Assembly: GCA_963835575.1 (NCBI GenBank)
Contig: CAWIGG010000002.1
Location: 1,981,548 to 2,045,547, forward strand
DNA length: 64,000 nt
DNA from: an uncultured Spirochaetota bacterium
GTDB lineage: Bacteria > Spirochaetota > Brevinematia > Brevinematales > JAOACQ01
Direction of reading: 5' to 3'
In this document: positions 10,465 to 20,118 of the stretch, one piece after another
How positions within the stretch are numbered: the first letter of the stretch is position 1
How the letters are laid out: the number at the start of each line of letters is the position of its first letter
Position numbers and translations under genes: made by a program
Notes under the pieces: generated by a model
What the model saw: the letters and a program-made list of their open reading frames with translations, nothing else
Told to the model about the DNA's origin: nothing
The model's database searches: none

Positions 10465-12162
10465 TTGAAAATTACCGTCAACCACCTCGGCTTCAGGCCG
10501 CGGGATAAAAATAAAACAGCTGTTATCAAAGGAAACCATGAATACAAGGAATTCCAGATCGTCAATCTGACAGAAATGGGTTATAACGAGGTCGGCCCGA
10601 ATACCCGGCCCAACAGCATTATTTTCAGGGGTAAATTAGAGAAAAAACATTACGAATGGGGCGATTACTCTATAGCCGATTTTTCCGGCTTTAATATTCC
10701 AGGAATTTACCTTGTTACTCTTAATAATGAATACAACTCTGTCCCCTTTCATATCAGGGAAGATCTTTACAGCCGGACTTTGCGGAAAGCCTTCGATTAC
10801 ATTCACATTCAGCGGTGCGGAGAGGCTGTGCCCGGCTATCATGGGCCATGCCATCTTGACGACGCCCGCCGCAGGGACACGGGAGAGCATATTGACACAA
10901 CCGGCGGCTGGCACGACGCCGGCGACCTCCGGAAATGGGTCGCCCATACGCTCCTGCTCGGCATCGGCATAATTCAGATCAAACGGCTGGCTGATCCCGG
11001 ATGGGACATTTTCGATAAAAAGGAAGGCGACCTTCTGAACGAGCTCCGGTGGGGCAACCGGTTTTTCCTGAAAGTGCAGGAACCGTCCGGCCTGGTCTGG
11101 CATGATGTCGCCGGCGGCGTCAACGGCGACAACAGCGACAATCACTGGACAGATAACATCATAGGAACGGATGACGACCGTTATATCAATCCGGAATATC
11201 TGCCGTTTATCCAGTGGGAATTTATATACTTTGAAGCCATGATGGCTTCGGTTTTCAAAAACGCCGATCCCGCTTACGGCAGCCGCTGCCTTAAAGCCGC
11301 TTTAAAGACTTTTGAGTTTATGAAGGATAAAGAAAATCCGAAAATAGAAGATATTACCTGGTCAATCCTGGCTTTTAAAGAACTCCAGTCTTTTAAAACC
11401 GGTGATTCTATATCCACACGGTTTAAAAAAGAAATTAACAGTCTCCTTTCACTTCAGGAAACTGATTATAGATATAATCAGAAAAAAGTGCGCGGCTACT
11501 GGTACCGAGATAAGTCTAAAAAGGATTTCTTCCTTTCCACAAGGGATTCCGGCCTTCCATTGATCGCGCTTTCGGAAGCGGCGCAGGCCCTTGAAAAAGA
11601 CCCGGAGCTTCAAAAGAAATGCGTTGAAGCGGTAAAGACGCATTGCCGCGATTATGTTCTGCCTATGTCTTTGACCAATCCTTTCGGTATCATTCCATAC
11701 GGCCTGTTTTCAGGCGAACCGACGCCGGAGAAGTACAGCCGTCTTGAAGGCGATTTGACCTACCGCATATTCGGCCAGGTTAAAGTGCCTGTGCACGCCG
11801 GCCTGACTTCGCATCTTCTTTCTTATGCCGCGGGGCTGGCAATGGCCGGGAATCTGCTAAAAGATACTGAATTGACGGAACTCGGCCGGAAGCAGGCAGA
11901 ATGGGTGATGGGCGGCAACCCGAAAAACTCCTGCCTGATGACGGGCGAAGGCGTCAATAATCCCTACCCCCATTCCCGGTTCATGGGATTGATAAACGGC
12001 GGCATCATGAACGGCATCGCCGGCGATGAGAACGACGAACCGTTCCTCGACCTCGATTATACGATGGACTGGAGGACAACGGAATACTGGAGCCCGCACA
12101 CATGCTTTTACATCTGGTTCGCCAGCCTGATGAATAAAACGGAAAACAAAAAAAATAGTTGA
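10465..12162 (+). CDS. Glycoside hydrolase family 9 protein
   Basis: VNHLGF Ig-like N-terminus; IDTTGGWHDAGD catalytic motif; WVMGGNP; no signal peptide. Confidence 0.88.
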   Translation: MKITVNHLGFRPRDKNKTAVIKGNHEYKEFQIVNLTEMGYNEVGPNTRPNSIIFRGKLEKKHYEWGDYSIADFSGFNIPGIYLVTLNNEYNSVPFHIREDLYSRTLRKAFDYIHIQRCGEAVPGYHGPCHLDDARRRDTGEHIDTTGGWHDAGDLRKWVAHTLLLGIGIIQIKRLADPGWDIFDKKEGDLLNELRWGNRFFLKVQEPSGLVWHDVAGGVNGDNSDNHWTDNIIGTDDDRYINPEYLPFIQWEFIYFEAMMASVFKNADPAYGSRCLKAALKTFEFMKDKENPKIEDITWSILAFKELQSFKTGDSISTRFKKEINSLLSLQETDYRYNQKKVRGYWYRDKSKKDFFLSTRDSGLPLIALSEAAQALEKDPELQKKCVEAVKTHCRDYVLPMSLTNPFGIIPYGLFSGEPTPEKYSRLEGDLTYRIFGQVKVPVHAGLTSHLLSYAAGLAMAGNLLKDTELTELGRKQAEWVMGGNPKNSCLMTGEGVNNPYPHSRFMGLINGGIMNGIAGDENDEPFLDLDYTMDWRTTEYWSPHTCFYIWFASLMNKTENKKNS

Positions 12163-12197
12163 GAAAATAATGAATAGTAAACATTTAATACAAGAAG

Positions 12198-12345
12198 CCG
12201 TCATTGCGAGCACCTGACTTTATACTCTGCCAATAATTTTAAAGCGAAGCAATCTGTCTGCAAATAAAGATTGTTTATTAAATTGATAGATTGCTCCGCG
12301 CGATAGTCAACGGCAAAGGAAAAAACTGGGCGCTCGCAATGACGG
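12198..12345. repeat. Palindromic repeat element (GTCATTGCGAG...GAAGCAATCT...AGATTGCT...CTCGCAATGAC type)
   Basis: 14-bp outer IR CCGTCATTGCGAGC / GCTCGCAATGACGG with inner IR AGCAATCT / AGATTGCT. Confidence 0.75.
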
Positions 12346-12362
12346 ACTTTGTGTTGAAATTC

Positions 12363-12494
12363 TTAGTTTTTCAGTAAGCTCTGTTTATTCTCACTTTTTC
12401 TTAATCCGCACTTGCCATTTAGAATTTTGCTTTTAACTTCGACATCACAGCCATGATATCCAAGGATAAGATTTGGAATATTGCTATTCCTCAT
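12363..12494 (-). pseudogene. Truncated N-terminal fragment of a GYHGC-motif protein (putative ADP-ribosyltransferase-like toxin)
   Basis: MRNSNIPNLILGYHGCDVEVKSKILNGKCGLRKSENK then runs into a MITE-type end (12365-12382) and stops; ATGA overlap with the upstream small ORF. Confidence 0.5.
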
Positions 12495-12643
12495 TTTGAT
12501 TTGAAATATTTCTTTAAATTGCCTTTTGAATCAACAATACCGGCGCCAAATAAGAATTTCTGAGAAGATTTTTTTGAGCCGGATACTTTTTTTGAAAATT
12601 CTATCATTTCTTGCATAACTTTCTTGGCTTCTTTTTCGCTCAT
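12491..12643 (-). CDS. 50-aa small basic protein, possible antitoxin (absent from the ORF track)
   Basis: MSEKEAKKVMQEMIEFSKKVSGSKKSSQKFLFGAGIVDSKGNLKKYFKSK; strong RBS GAGGAGG. Confidence 0.65.
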   Translation of the reverse strand: MSEKEAKKVMQEMIEFSKKVSGSKKSSQKFLFGAGIVDSKGNLKKYFKSK

Positions 12644-12843
12644 AATAAACCTCCTCAAAAACAATTTTATTATCCTAAATACTATATACTTAATAATAAA
12701 AAGACCAATATTTAGTCAAATATTTAAAAAACAACCCAACAAATGTAATTTTCTCGTTATTTTACCGAATATATAATATATAATCGGAAATTTTATATGA
12801 AAAATCATATTTTTAAAAGCTTTCATTTTGAAATGGATTAATT

Positions 12844-13314
12844 ATGAAAAATATTTCAATCGCTTTAATTATTATTTTATTCTTTATAAATTTATATTCT
12901 ATTGATGTCCCCATCTATCCCAAGGACTGGGCGATATTAAACAACAGCGAAAAGGTTTACGCGGCGTTTGATGATTTCTGGGTGCCGAAATACCATGACG
13001 TGCAGATCGCCTTATACGCCGTTTACAGGCATATTCAGAACCTCCGGTCGGACCAGCATCTGCCCGGGGCCGGACGGGCCGAAATTGTCCGCATTCTTGA
13101 TAACTGGAAGCTCTTCAAAGTGCAGTTCGCCGGCATCATAAAAGACGGAAAGAAAATAATCTTCTGCAATTTTTTCGACCGGAGGATGAACGCAAAGGAC
13201 TGGCAGAAGGAACAGGTCATCGCCGACGATACTTCCTATTTTTACTGGAACATCGAGTATGATCCGGCGGCAAAGACCTTCGCTCATTTTAAAAGCGGCA
13301 CTTATGAGGAATAA
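12844..13314 (+). CDS. Secreted hypothetical protein
   Basis: 156-aa ORF with a signal-peptide-like N-terminus, 11 bp upstream of a glycoside hydrolase gene. Confidence 0.65.
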   Translation: MKNISIALIIILFFINLYSIDVPIYPKDWAILNNSEKVYAAFDDFWVPKYHDVQIALYAVYRHIQNLRSDQHLPGAGRAEIVRILDNWKLFKVQFAGIIKDGKKIIFCNFFDRRMNAKDWQKEQVIADDTSYFYWNIEYDPAAKTFAHFKSGTYEE

Positions 13315-13325
13315 AGCGGGGTATT

Positions 13326-14573
13326 ATGAAATATAAATTAAACAGCGCTCCAATAAGCCCGTACCTTTTCGGCCAGAACGCCTGGATGCCCAATTTTATC
13401 GATAACGGTGAAATCGATAAATTGTGGGAAAAACTCAGGGCGGCCCGGATCCGGCTGGTCAGGATAGGCGGGATCTGTTTTGATGAAAACATTTCTTATG
13501 AGCAGTTGATCTATCTGATCGACAGGATCAAAGACATCGGCGCTGAGCCGCTCGTTCAAATCCCCCTTAAATCGACCCCTCTGGATGCCACTAATATTAT
13601 TGAGCATATTAATGGAAAGATGGATAAAAAAGTGCGGTTCTGGAGCATCGGCAACGAACCCGACTGGCACTGGAAAATCGAGGACCCGGACAAAGTCTCT
13701 TCTTATTTTAAACCTATCGCGTCCCGTCTTAAAGAGTATGATCCGTCCATTCTCATTTTCGGGCCGGACTGCGGAAGGCTGAACATGGGGCTGATGTCCC
13801 CGCTGATCGGTGGCGGGGCCGATATTACCGGCCTTGATGAAAACGGAAATTTTTACATAGATGTTGTCAATTATCATACATATAATAAGTCCGATGCCGG
13901 AGCGGTTGAGTCGGACATTAATATATTACTGGATTTGATCAGCCGCGCCAATAAAAAAAGGCCGGCGGAAAGTCTGCTCCGCTGGGCCATAACAGAATTT
14001 AATATCACGACGGACAATAACAAGGAAGCCGGCAGGAACAAAGTCTGGAGCTTCTACACAGGGCAGTATTTTGCCGAAGTCTACGACATCGCCATGAAAC
14101 ATAAAGCGTTCACCATCGCCCCATGGAGCATCCATGAATCGAAAGGCGCGCGCACCGGTCCGGACCTGGGAATGTTCGACAGCGGACCGGCCTACTATCC
14201 CCGGCCGGTTTATTACCATACGCAGCTGCTTTCACTCTGCTCTAAAGCTAATTACCTTCCCGGATATACCAATAAAGAACAGGTCAAACTATCCGCGTCG
14301 GCCGACAGCACAGGCTTTTCGGTCATGCTCATGAATGAGGACGAAAAGTCGTCTTACAATTTCACGCTCTCTTTCGACGATCAGAAGATGCTTAAACCAA
14401 ACCCGCTCGAAGTGCATCTCAATGCCGGCCTGGCCAATGAGTATACCGGGACAATTGAAGCGGAAGAGACGCAGGTCCTCGTTTTCGCCTCATCCGGCAG
14501 GCTGACAAAAAAGATCATCTATAATAAAAATCATGCGATGAACCATATCGTCCCGACAGTGAGGGATTATTAA
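13326..14573 (+). CDS. Clan GH-A glycoside hydrolase (GH39/44/51-like)
   Basis: ISPYLFGQN, WSIGNEPD acid/base motif, YHTY, AITEFN nucleophile motif. Confidence 0.75.
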   Translation: MKYKLNSAPISPYLFGQNAWMPNFIDNGEIDKLWEKLRAARIRLVRIGGICFDENISYEQLIYLIDRIKDIGAEPLVQIPLKSTPLDATNIIEHINGKMDKKVRFWSIGNEPDWHWKIEDPDKVSSYFKPIASRLKEYDPSILIFGPDCGRLNMGLMSPLIGGGADITGLDENGNFYIDVVNYHTYNKSDAGAVESDINILLDLISRANKKRPAESLLRWAITEFNITTDNNKEAGRNKVWSFYTGQYFAEVYDIAMKHKAFTIAPWSIHESKGARTGPDLGMFDSGPAYYPRPVYYHTQLLSLCSKANYLPGYTNKEQVKLSASADSTGFSVMLMNEDEKSSYNFTLSFDDQKMLKPNPLEVHLNAGLANEYTGTIEAEETQVLVFASSGRLTKKIIYNKNHAMNHIVPTVRDY

Positions 14574-14659
14574 TTAATCATTTTTTACAGGAAGTCGGGA
14601 AGACACGAAGTTTTTAATAATGCATGAATATATTGAAAAGCATCATAAATGTTAATTAT

Positions 14660-14687
14660 AAAGGCGCGGATATTAATCCGCGTCTTT
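14660..14687. terminator. Likely bidirectional rho-independent terminator
   Basis: AAAGGCGCGGAT-ATTA-ATCCGCGTCTTT hairpin between convergent genes. Confidence 0.65.
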
Positions 14688-14702
14688 TATCATTATCATG
14701 AC

Positions 14703-15572
14703 TTATTTAACCCCGGCCCATAAATTCTTATTATACTCGATCTTCACCCTGGCGAGGATTTCTTTGATGTTTTTCGGATCGGGGTTTTTTATGACCATAA
14801 TCTTCGCGTACCTGTCAAAAGCCCGGAGGCTGGTCAAGGCCAGTCTATACTCTTCATTAATATCCTCCCCGGTAATGATGAGCGACGCGTTTGTGTCATG
14901 ATAGACATTTAAAAGTCTGGATGGATCGTTGACAGTATAAACATCTTTCTCCGGATTAAAATCACCGGAAATTTCAGCCTCTACGGCATGTTCAGAAACC
15001 AGCATAGATACAAGAGTTGTAAAATTCATGAACTTCCGCGGATAGTCGGGATCTTTCGGATTCAAAATAAAAAAGATAATAATACCGCATTCGCTATAGG
15101 CATACTGTATGACAGTATTTCTATTCAATTCGGATTTGAGCTGGTTCCACCTGATATGATCTATTTTTTCGCCGTAGTGGATGATGCTGCTGTGGCCGGC
15201 GTCCGTTTTTCGATACATTTCGCTGAGGGATATGATATGCCGCTTTTTCTGCGAATTGGCGTTGGCATAGCCGATTTCCTCCATGATCCTGTCCAGCTCA
15301 ACGATATTCTTAACCCCTGAAGGCTTTTTATAAGCCGCCGGAAAACATTCGCGCAGTTTTTCTATTAAAGGCGCGGTATAAAAAACATTAATTTCGCCGA
15401 TGGACGCGTTTTTAAGGCCCTCGTAATTGTCCTGTCTGAAAAGCATTTCCGGTTTAAGTTTAATGTTATCTGTTTTAGTCTGGATATTGATTTCTTCCAG
15501 ATAATTGATCGGAAAATTATGATAATCCCTGTCCTGAGATAAAATATTCGCTTCTTCAGTTTTAATAATCAT
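14703..15572 (-). CDS. Hypothetical protein
   Basis: 289-aa ORF with AAGGA RBS; no family recognised. Confidence 0.65.
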   Translation of the reverse strand: MIIKTEEANILSQDRDYHNFPINYLEEINIQTKTDNIKLKPEMLFRQDNYEGLKNASIGEINVFYTAPLIEKLRECFPAAYKKPSGVKNIVELDRIMEEIGYANANSQKKRHIISLSEMYRKTDAGHSSIIHYGEKIDHIRWNQLKSELNRNTVIQYAYSECGIIIFFILNPKDPDYPRKFMNFTTLVSMLVSEHAVEAEISGDFNPEKDVYTVNDPSRLLNVYHDTNASLIITGEDINEEYRLALTSLRAFDRYAKIMVIKNPDPKNIKEILARVKIEYNKNLWAGVK

Positions 15573-15875
15573 ATTATATCCTTACCGTTTTCAGCTTATA
15601 AAAAATAATATAGTTTGACCAGAGCGTCAATATTTTTTTTTAAAATTGATACTTAATACGCCTCTATCAGGATAATTAATTGATTGAAAATACGGCAGGC
15701 GATTGCTCCGGATAATGAAAGGCATGAAGAAAGCCTAAATTTGCGTCTTTTTTATAATTAAAATAATATATAAGGCAGTTCTAAAAACTCTCATTTTTAG
15801 AACTGCCCTATAAAGAAATAAGTTTAATTTATTCATTGATCAAACATCTCATATTTCAAAATGGGAGTTCTTGCA

Positions 15876-16604
15876 ATGATAGAAAACCCTGAAAAAAGTA
15901 CGCAGAATAAAAACCGGAAGATCGCCGTAACGAAAAACGGCCCCTATATCGTCTCCGGCGGCCTTCCTCTTGATAAAGAAATCATTGCGGCCGGCAGTGA
16001 CGGAATACCCCTCAAATGGGAAAAAGGCGGGGCCTTTCCCTTAAAAGAGACATACTCACTCTGCCGGTGCGGCGCCTCAAAGAATATGCCCTACTGCGAC
16101 GGGGCCCATAAAAACCCAGGCTTTGACGGAACAGAGACGGCAGGCAATGTAAAATACATGGATCAGATCGATACATACGAAGGCCCCGGCCTCGTCCTGA
16201 CCGACGCCGAAAAGCTCTGCGCCGTCGCGCTATTCTGCCACAGGGACGGCGACGCCTGGGATCTTACGGGGCGCTCCGCCGATGAAAAAGCGAAAGAGAC
16301 CGCCGTACAGGAAAGTTGCGACTGCCCGTCGGGGAGGCTCGTAGCCTGGGATAAAAAGACCGGCAGGCCGATCGAACCGCCGTTCGAGCCGTCCATCAGC
16401 GTCACGGAAGACCCGGTGCACCAAGTCAGCGGGCCGCTCTGGGTTAAGGGCGGTGTTTTGATCGAGTCGTCGGATAAATCGCCTTATGAAATAAGGAACC
16501 GGGTGACGCTCTGCAGGTGCGGGCATTCGAAAAACAAACCGTTCTGCGACGGCTGTCATATAACTTCCCGCTTTTCGGACGGAGATGAATCCATAAAGAA
16601 ATAA
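15876..16604 (+). CDS. CDGSH iron-sulfur domain protein (two CDGSH domains around a divergent ferredoxin-like region)
   Basis: SLCRCGASKNMPYCDGAH, CPSGRL, TLCRCGHSKNKPFCDGCH; start could be 15861. Confidence 0.9.
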   Translation: MIENPEKSTQNKNRKIAVTKNGPYIVSGGLPLDKEIIAAGSDGIPLKWEKGGAFPLKETYSLCRCGASKNMPYCDGAHKNPGFDGTETAGNVKYMDQIDTYEGPGLVLTDAEKLCAVALFCHRDGDAWDLTGRSADEKAKETAVQESCDCPSGRLVAWDKKTGRPIEPPFEPSISVTEDPVHQVSGPLWVKGGVLIESSDKSPYEIRNRVTLCRCGHSKNKPFCDGCHITSRFSDGDESIKK

Positions 16605-16634
16605 AACAAGCTCCGGTTGTTTAGAGATAATAAT

Positions 16635-16664
16635 TTGACAGCAAGCCGGTTTAAAAGCTAAAAT
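16635..16664 (+). promoter_or_regulatory. Putative sigma70 promoter of the hpt operon
   Basis: TTGACA-18 bp-TAAAAT. Confidence 0.5.
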
Positions 16665-16693
16665 TTTAAGTAATAAGTTTCTGGAGACGGAAT

Positions 16694-17236
16694 ATGATCG
16701 ATAACATTAAAGAAATTCTGTTGACAGAAGATATGATCTTACACAGGGTCAAAGAGCTCGGCCTTGCCGTAACAGCCGATTACCGGGGCAAAAACCCCAT
16801 CCTGATCGGCGTCCTCAAAGGGGCCGTCCTTTTTATCGCCGACCTGATGAGAGCCGTCGAAATTCCCGTCCAGTATGATTTTATGGCTGTCTGCAGCTAT
16901 GGTAATTCCACAAAATCAAGCGGTACGGTCAAAATACTAAAAGACCTCGACAGCGATATTGAGGCAAAAGACATCATCATAGTTGAAGACATCATCGATA
17001 CGGGTTTAACCCTACAGTACCTTCTCAATATATTAAAATCCCGCCGCCCGAAGTCCATAAAAATCTGCGCTCTTCTGGACAAATCCAGCAAAAGGATCGT
17101 CAATATCCAGCCGGATTACAGCGGTTTTGTGATACCCGATGTGTTTGTCGTCGGATACGGCCTGGATTACGCTGAAAAATACCGCAACCTTCCTTATATT
17201 GGTGTATTAAAAGAAGAATATTATAAAGGAGGATGA
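16694..17236 (+). CDS. hpt: Hypoxanthine phosphoribosyltransferase
   Basis: GVLKGA, IIIVEDIIDTGLTL PRPP motif, FVVGYGLDYAEKYRNLPYI. Confidence 0.95.
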   Translation: MIDNIKEILLTEDMILHRVKELGLAVTADYRGKNPILIGVLKGAVLFIADLMRAVEIPVQYDFMAVCSYGNSTKSSGTVKILKDLDSDIEAKDIIIVEDIIDTGLTLQYLLNILKSRRPKSIKICALLDKSSKRIVNIQPDYSGFVIPDVFVVGYGLDYAEKYRNLPYIGVLKEEYYKGG

Positions 17237-17239
17237 AAA

Positions 17240-18544
17240 ATGTTCGAGAAAATATTCAAGCTGAAGGAAAACAACACTACATTTCCCCGCGAGATCATAG
17301 CAGGGATCGTTACTTTTATGACCATGGCTTATATTATTTTCGCAAACCCATCGATTTTATCCGGAGCAATGGGTAAAGAATATTTTCAGGCCCTCGTTTT
17401 TGCCACATGCCTCGGCGCCGGCCTTACAACGATCTGCATGGGGATATTCACAAACTATCCCCTGGCCCTGGCTTCCGGAATGGGATTGAACGCAGTTGTG
17501 GCTTTCGGACTTATTATAGGAATGAAACTCCCCTGGCAGGCGGCCATGGGCGTTATTGTCATCGAAGGCCTGCTGGTTACCATCCTTGTCCTGACAAAGG
17601 TCCGGGAGTGGATTATGGACGCCATTCCGCTTGATTTGAAACGAGCCATCGGGGTCGGTATCGGCCTCTTTATCGCGCTCATAGGGCTTGTCGAATCGAA
17701 GCTCATTATCGCCAGCCCGGCCACGCTCATCACATTCGGAAAAATAGGCCCCGAAACCCTTGTCACGTTATTCGGACTGGCATTGACGGCACTGCTTATA
17801 GCACGGAAGATCAAGGGCGCTATCCTCATCGGCATCATTTCATCCACAATCGTCGCACTGATCGCCGGTATGATCAAGGGCCCGACAGAATGGGTATCCG
17901 GGATCAAGCCGGAGTATTTTCAGACATTTTTCGCGGTAGACATACTCGGCGCTCTCAAACTGGGCCTTGTCACAACGATTTTCGCCATTATGATCAGCGA
18001 CTTTTTTGACACTATGGGAACGGTTGTAGCTGTCGGAGAGGAAGCGGGATTTGTAACAAAAGACGGAAAAGTCCCCAGGCTGAGAAATGTACTTTTGGTC
18101 GATTCACTGGCGGCTGTGACCGGCGGTCTTTTCGGCTGCAGTTCGATCACCACTTATATCGAAAGCGCTTCCGGCGTCGGAGAAGGCGGCAGGACGGGGC
18201 TTACTTCAATCGTTACGGGACTGCTCTTCCTTCTGGCCATTTTCTTTACGCCTCTCATCCAGATCGTCCCGGCTTATGCGACAGCGCCGGCCCTTATCAT
18301 CGTGGGCTTCCTGATGATGACCGTTGTCCGGTTTATCAACTGGGAGGATTACACGACAGCCATACCCGCATTCCTGACAATCATTTTGATCCCCTTTACA
18401 TACAGTATTACGAAAGGTATCGAGTATGGTTTTATCTCCTACGTTCTTATCAAGCTTTTCACCGGAAAATACAAGGAAGTGCACCCGCTGATGTACATTG
18501 TCGCGGTTGCATTCATTCTCGACTTCTTACTGGCAAGCAGATAA
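17240..18544 (+). CDS. NCS2/AzgA-family purine permease
   Basis: TFMTMAYII, GMGLNA, DFFDTMGT, TTYIESASGVGEGGRTGLTS; adjacent to hpt. Confidence 0.93.
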   Translation: MFEKIFKLKENNTTFPREIIAGIVTFMTMAYIIFANPSILSGAMGKEYFQALVFATCLGAGLTTICMGIFTNYPLALASGMGLNAVVAFGLIIGMKLPWQAAMGVIVIEGLLVTILVLTKVREWIMDAIPLDLKRAIGVGIGLFIALIGLVESKLIIASPATLITFGKIGPETLVTLFGLALTALLIARKIKGAILIGIISSTIVALIAGMIKGPTEWVSGIKPEYFQTFFAVDILGALKLGLVTTIFAIMISDFFDTMGTVVAVGEEAGFVTKDGKVPRLRNVLLVDSLAAVTGGLFGCSSITTYIESASGVGEGGRTGLTSIVTGLLFLLAIFFTPLIQIVPAYATAPALIIVGFLMMTVVRFINWEDYTTAIPAFLTIILIPFTYSITKGIEYGFISYVLIKLFTGKYKEVHPLMYIVAVAFILDFLLASR

Positions 18545-18551
18545 ATATATT

Positions 18552-18583
18552 TTCACACTCCGCCCGGCCGGGCGGAGTGTGAA
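18552..18583 (+). terminator. Terminator-like hairpin after the permease
   Basis: TTCACACTCCGCCC-GGCC-GGGCGGAGTGTGAA. Confidence 0.6.
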
Positions 18584-18636
18584 TTATTTAATCAAATTTA
18601 TTTATTTCCTTATGATTTTTTATCATTAATTAAAAT

Positions 18637-18678
18637 TTGACTGATTTATCAATAATAGTTATAATATATAACTATTAT
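18637..18678 (+). promoter_or_regulatory. Sigma70 promoter overlapped by a palindromic putative MarR operator
   Basis: TTGACT(18637)-17 bp-TATAAT(18660); palindrome ATAATAGTTATA-ATA-TATAACTATTAT at 18652-18678. Confidence 0.7.
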
Positions 18679-18692
18679 AATATGGAACAAAA

Positions 18693-19160
18693 ATGACTGA
18701 AATAGACATCGATCTTCTGGTTGAAAATCTAACCACAATTCTTCCGGTTCTGATAAAAAAACTTCACAAGCTGCAATATGAATTTACCTTTGATAAAGGA
18801 ATCTCTTTTGTACAGATCAGGATTCTCTTTGCATTGAAAAAAGAGGGGAAGATCAATATGTCCTCGCTGGGCAGAAAGCTTGAGATGCAGAAGCCTAATG
18901 TAACGGTCTTTGTGGATAAGCTCATTGCGGAGGGATTGGCGGAGCGTGTTCCCCAGGAAAATGACAGAAGAGTGATATTGATCGGCCTGACGGAAACAGG
19001 ATCCAGATTTATTCAGAAACTGACCGGGAATGTAAAGGCCCTGTTGAAGAGCAAAATACAAAATTGGGATGAAAAAGACCTGAAAATTCTGAATAATACT
19101 ATGATGCAGGCTCATTACCTGATTGACAAACTGGAAGGCCGGAGCGGGATGAATCCCTGA
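18693..19160 (+). CDS. MarR-family transcriptional regulator
   Basis: Winged HTH with VDKLIAEGLAER...DRRVILIGLTETG. Confidence 0.92.
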   Translation: MTEIDIDLLVENLTTILPVLIKKLHKLQYEFTFDKGISFVQIRILFALKKEGKINMSSLGRKLEMQKPNVTVFVDKLIAEGLAERVPQENDRRVILIGLTETGSRFIQKLTGNVKALLKSKIQNWDEKDLKILNNTMMQAHYLIDKLEGRSGMNP

Positions 19161-19248
19161 TTTTTTCGATGAACAATAATAACACATAATATTTGACGTC
19201 CTGAACAGCAATACGTATTTTTAATCTAAATATAGAAGAGGAATAATT

Positions 19249-20109
19249 ATGCCGAACACAAAAGAAACACACATTACAAATACTCCCGTTAAGGAAAAAG
19301 GCCCATGGTGGCAGACTAAAAGGGCAAAAATAGCCGGCGCGGCCGTGCTCTGCGCAGCCTTTATCATCTTCATGATCTGGTTTTTTGCTTTCCGGCCTTA
19401 TATAGCAACTGACGACGCGAGGATCAACGCGGATATAATCAACATAGCGAATACCGGCGCTAGCGGCCAGATGTTAACGGTGAATGTCAAAGAGGGGGAT
19501 ATTGTGACCAACGGCATGGTCCTTGCCGAATTGGACCACCGCATCGCAGAAGCCCAGCTTCAGCAGGCTAAAGCGAAGTTTGAGTACGCCAGCGTCTCAT
19601 TTAAAAGGGCTTTAGCTCTGTCAAGCGGATACGGTTCGAGCCGGCAACAGCTGGATATGGCCCGTTCCGATGCCGATGTCGCGGAAGCCAATATGAAGCT
19701 CGCGGAAATTGCCCTGGAGCACACCTATCTTAAAAGCCCTGTGAACGGGATCGTCATCCAGAAGGCCGCCCTGCCCGGCAATATTCTGGAAGCGAACCAG
19801 GTTGCCTTAATCATCGCTGACATTGATCATGCATGGGTATCGGCCAATATCAGCGAACAGTCCATAGCATTGGTCAAGCCCGGCCAGCTGGTCGAAATAA
19901 CAATCGACGAGGGCGGGAAGCTCATAGGCAGGATCGCCGAAGTCAGGAAAGCGGCAGCCTCGGTTTTTTCGCTTATCCCCTCGGACAACGCATCCGGCAA
20001 CTTCATCAAGGTCACCCAGAGAATCCCTGTAAAAATCTTGCTGGAAGAACATCCGGGCAGAATCCTCAGGGTCGGCGAATCTGTTGAGATCAAGATCAAA
20101 ATACAATGA
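19249..20109 (+). CDS. EmrA/HlyD-family periplasmic adaptor
   Basis: TDDARI, VKEGD, LKSPVNG, FSLIPSDNASGNFIKVTQRIPVKI. Confidence 0.92.
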   Translation: MPNTKETHITNTPVKEKGPWWQTKRAKIAGAAVLCAAFIIFMIWFFAFRPYIATDDARINADIINIANTGASGQMLTVNVKEGDIVTNGMVLAELDHRIAEAQLQQAKAKFEYASVSFKRALALSSGYGSSRQQLDMARSDADVAEANMKLAEIALEHTYLKSPVNGIVIQKAALPGNILEANQVALIIADIDHAWVSANISEQSIALVKPGQLVEITIDEGGKLIGRIAEVRKAAASVFSLIPSDNASGNFIKVTQRIPVKILLEEHPGRILRVGESVEIKIKIQ

Positions 20110-20118
20110 GGCTTAACC

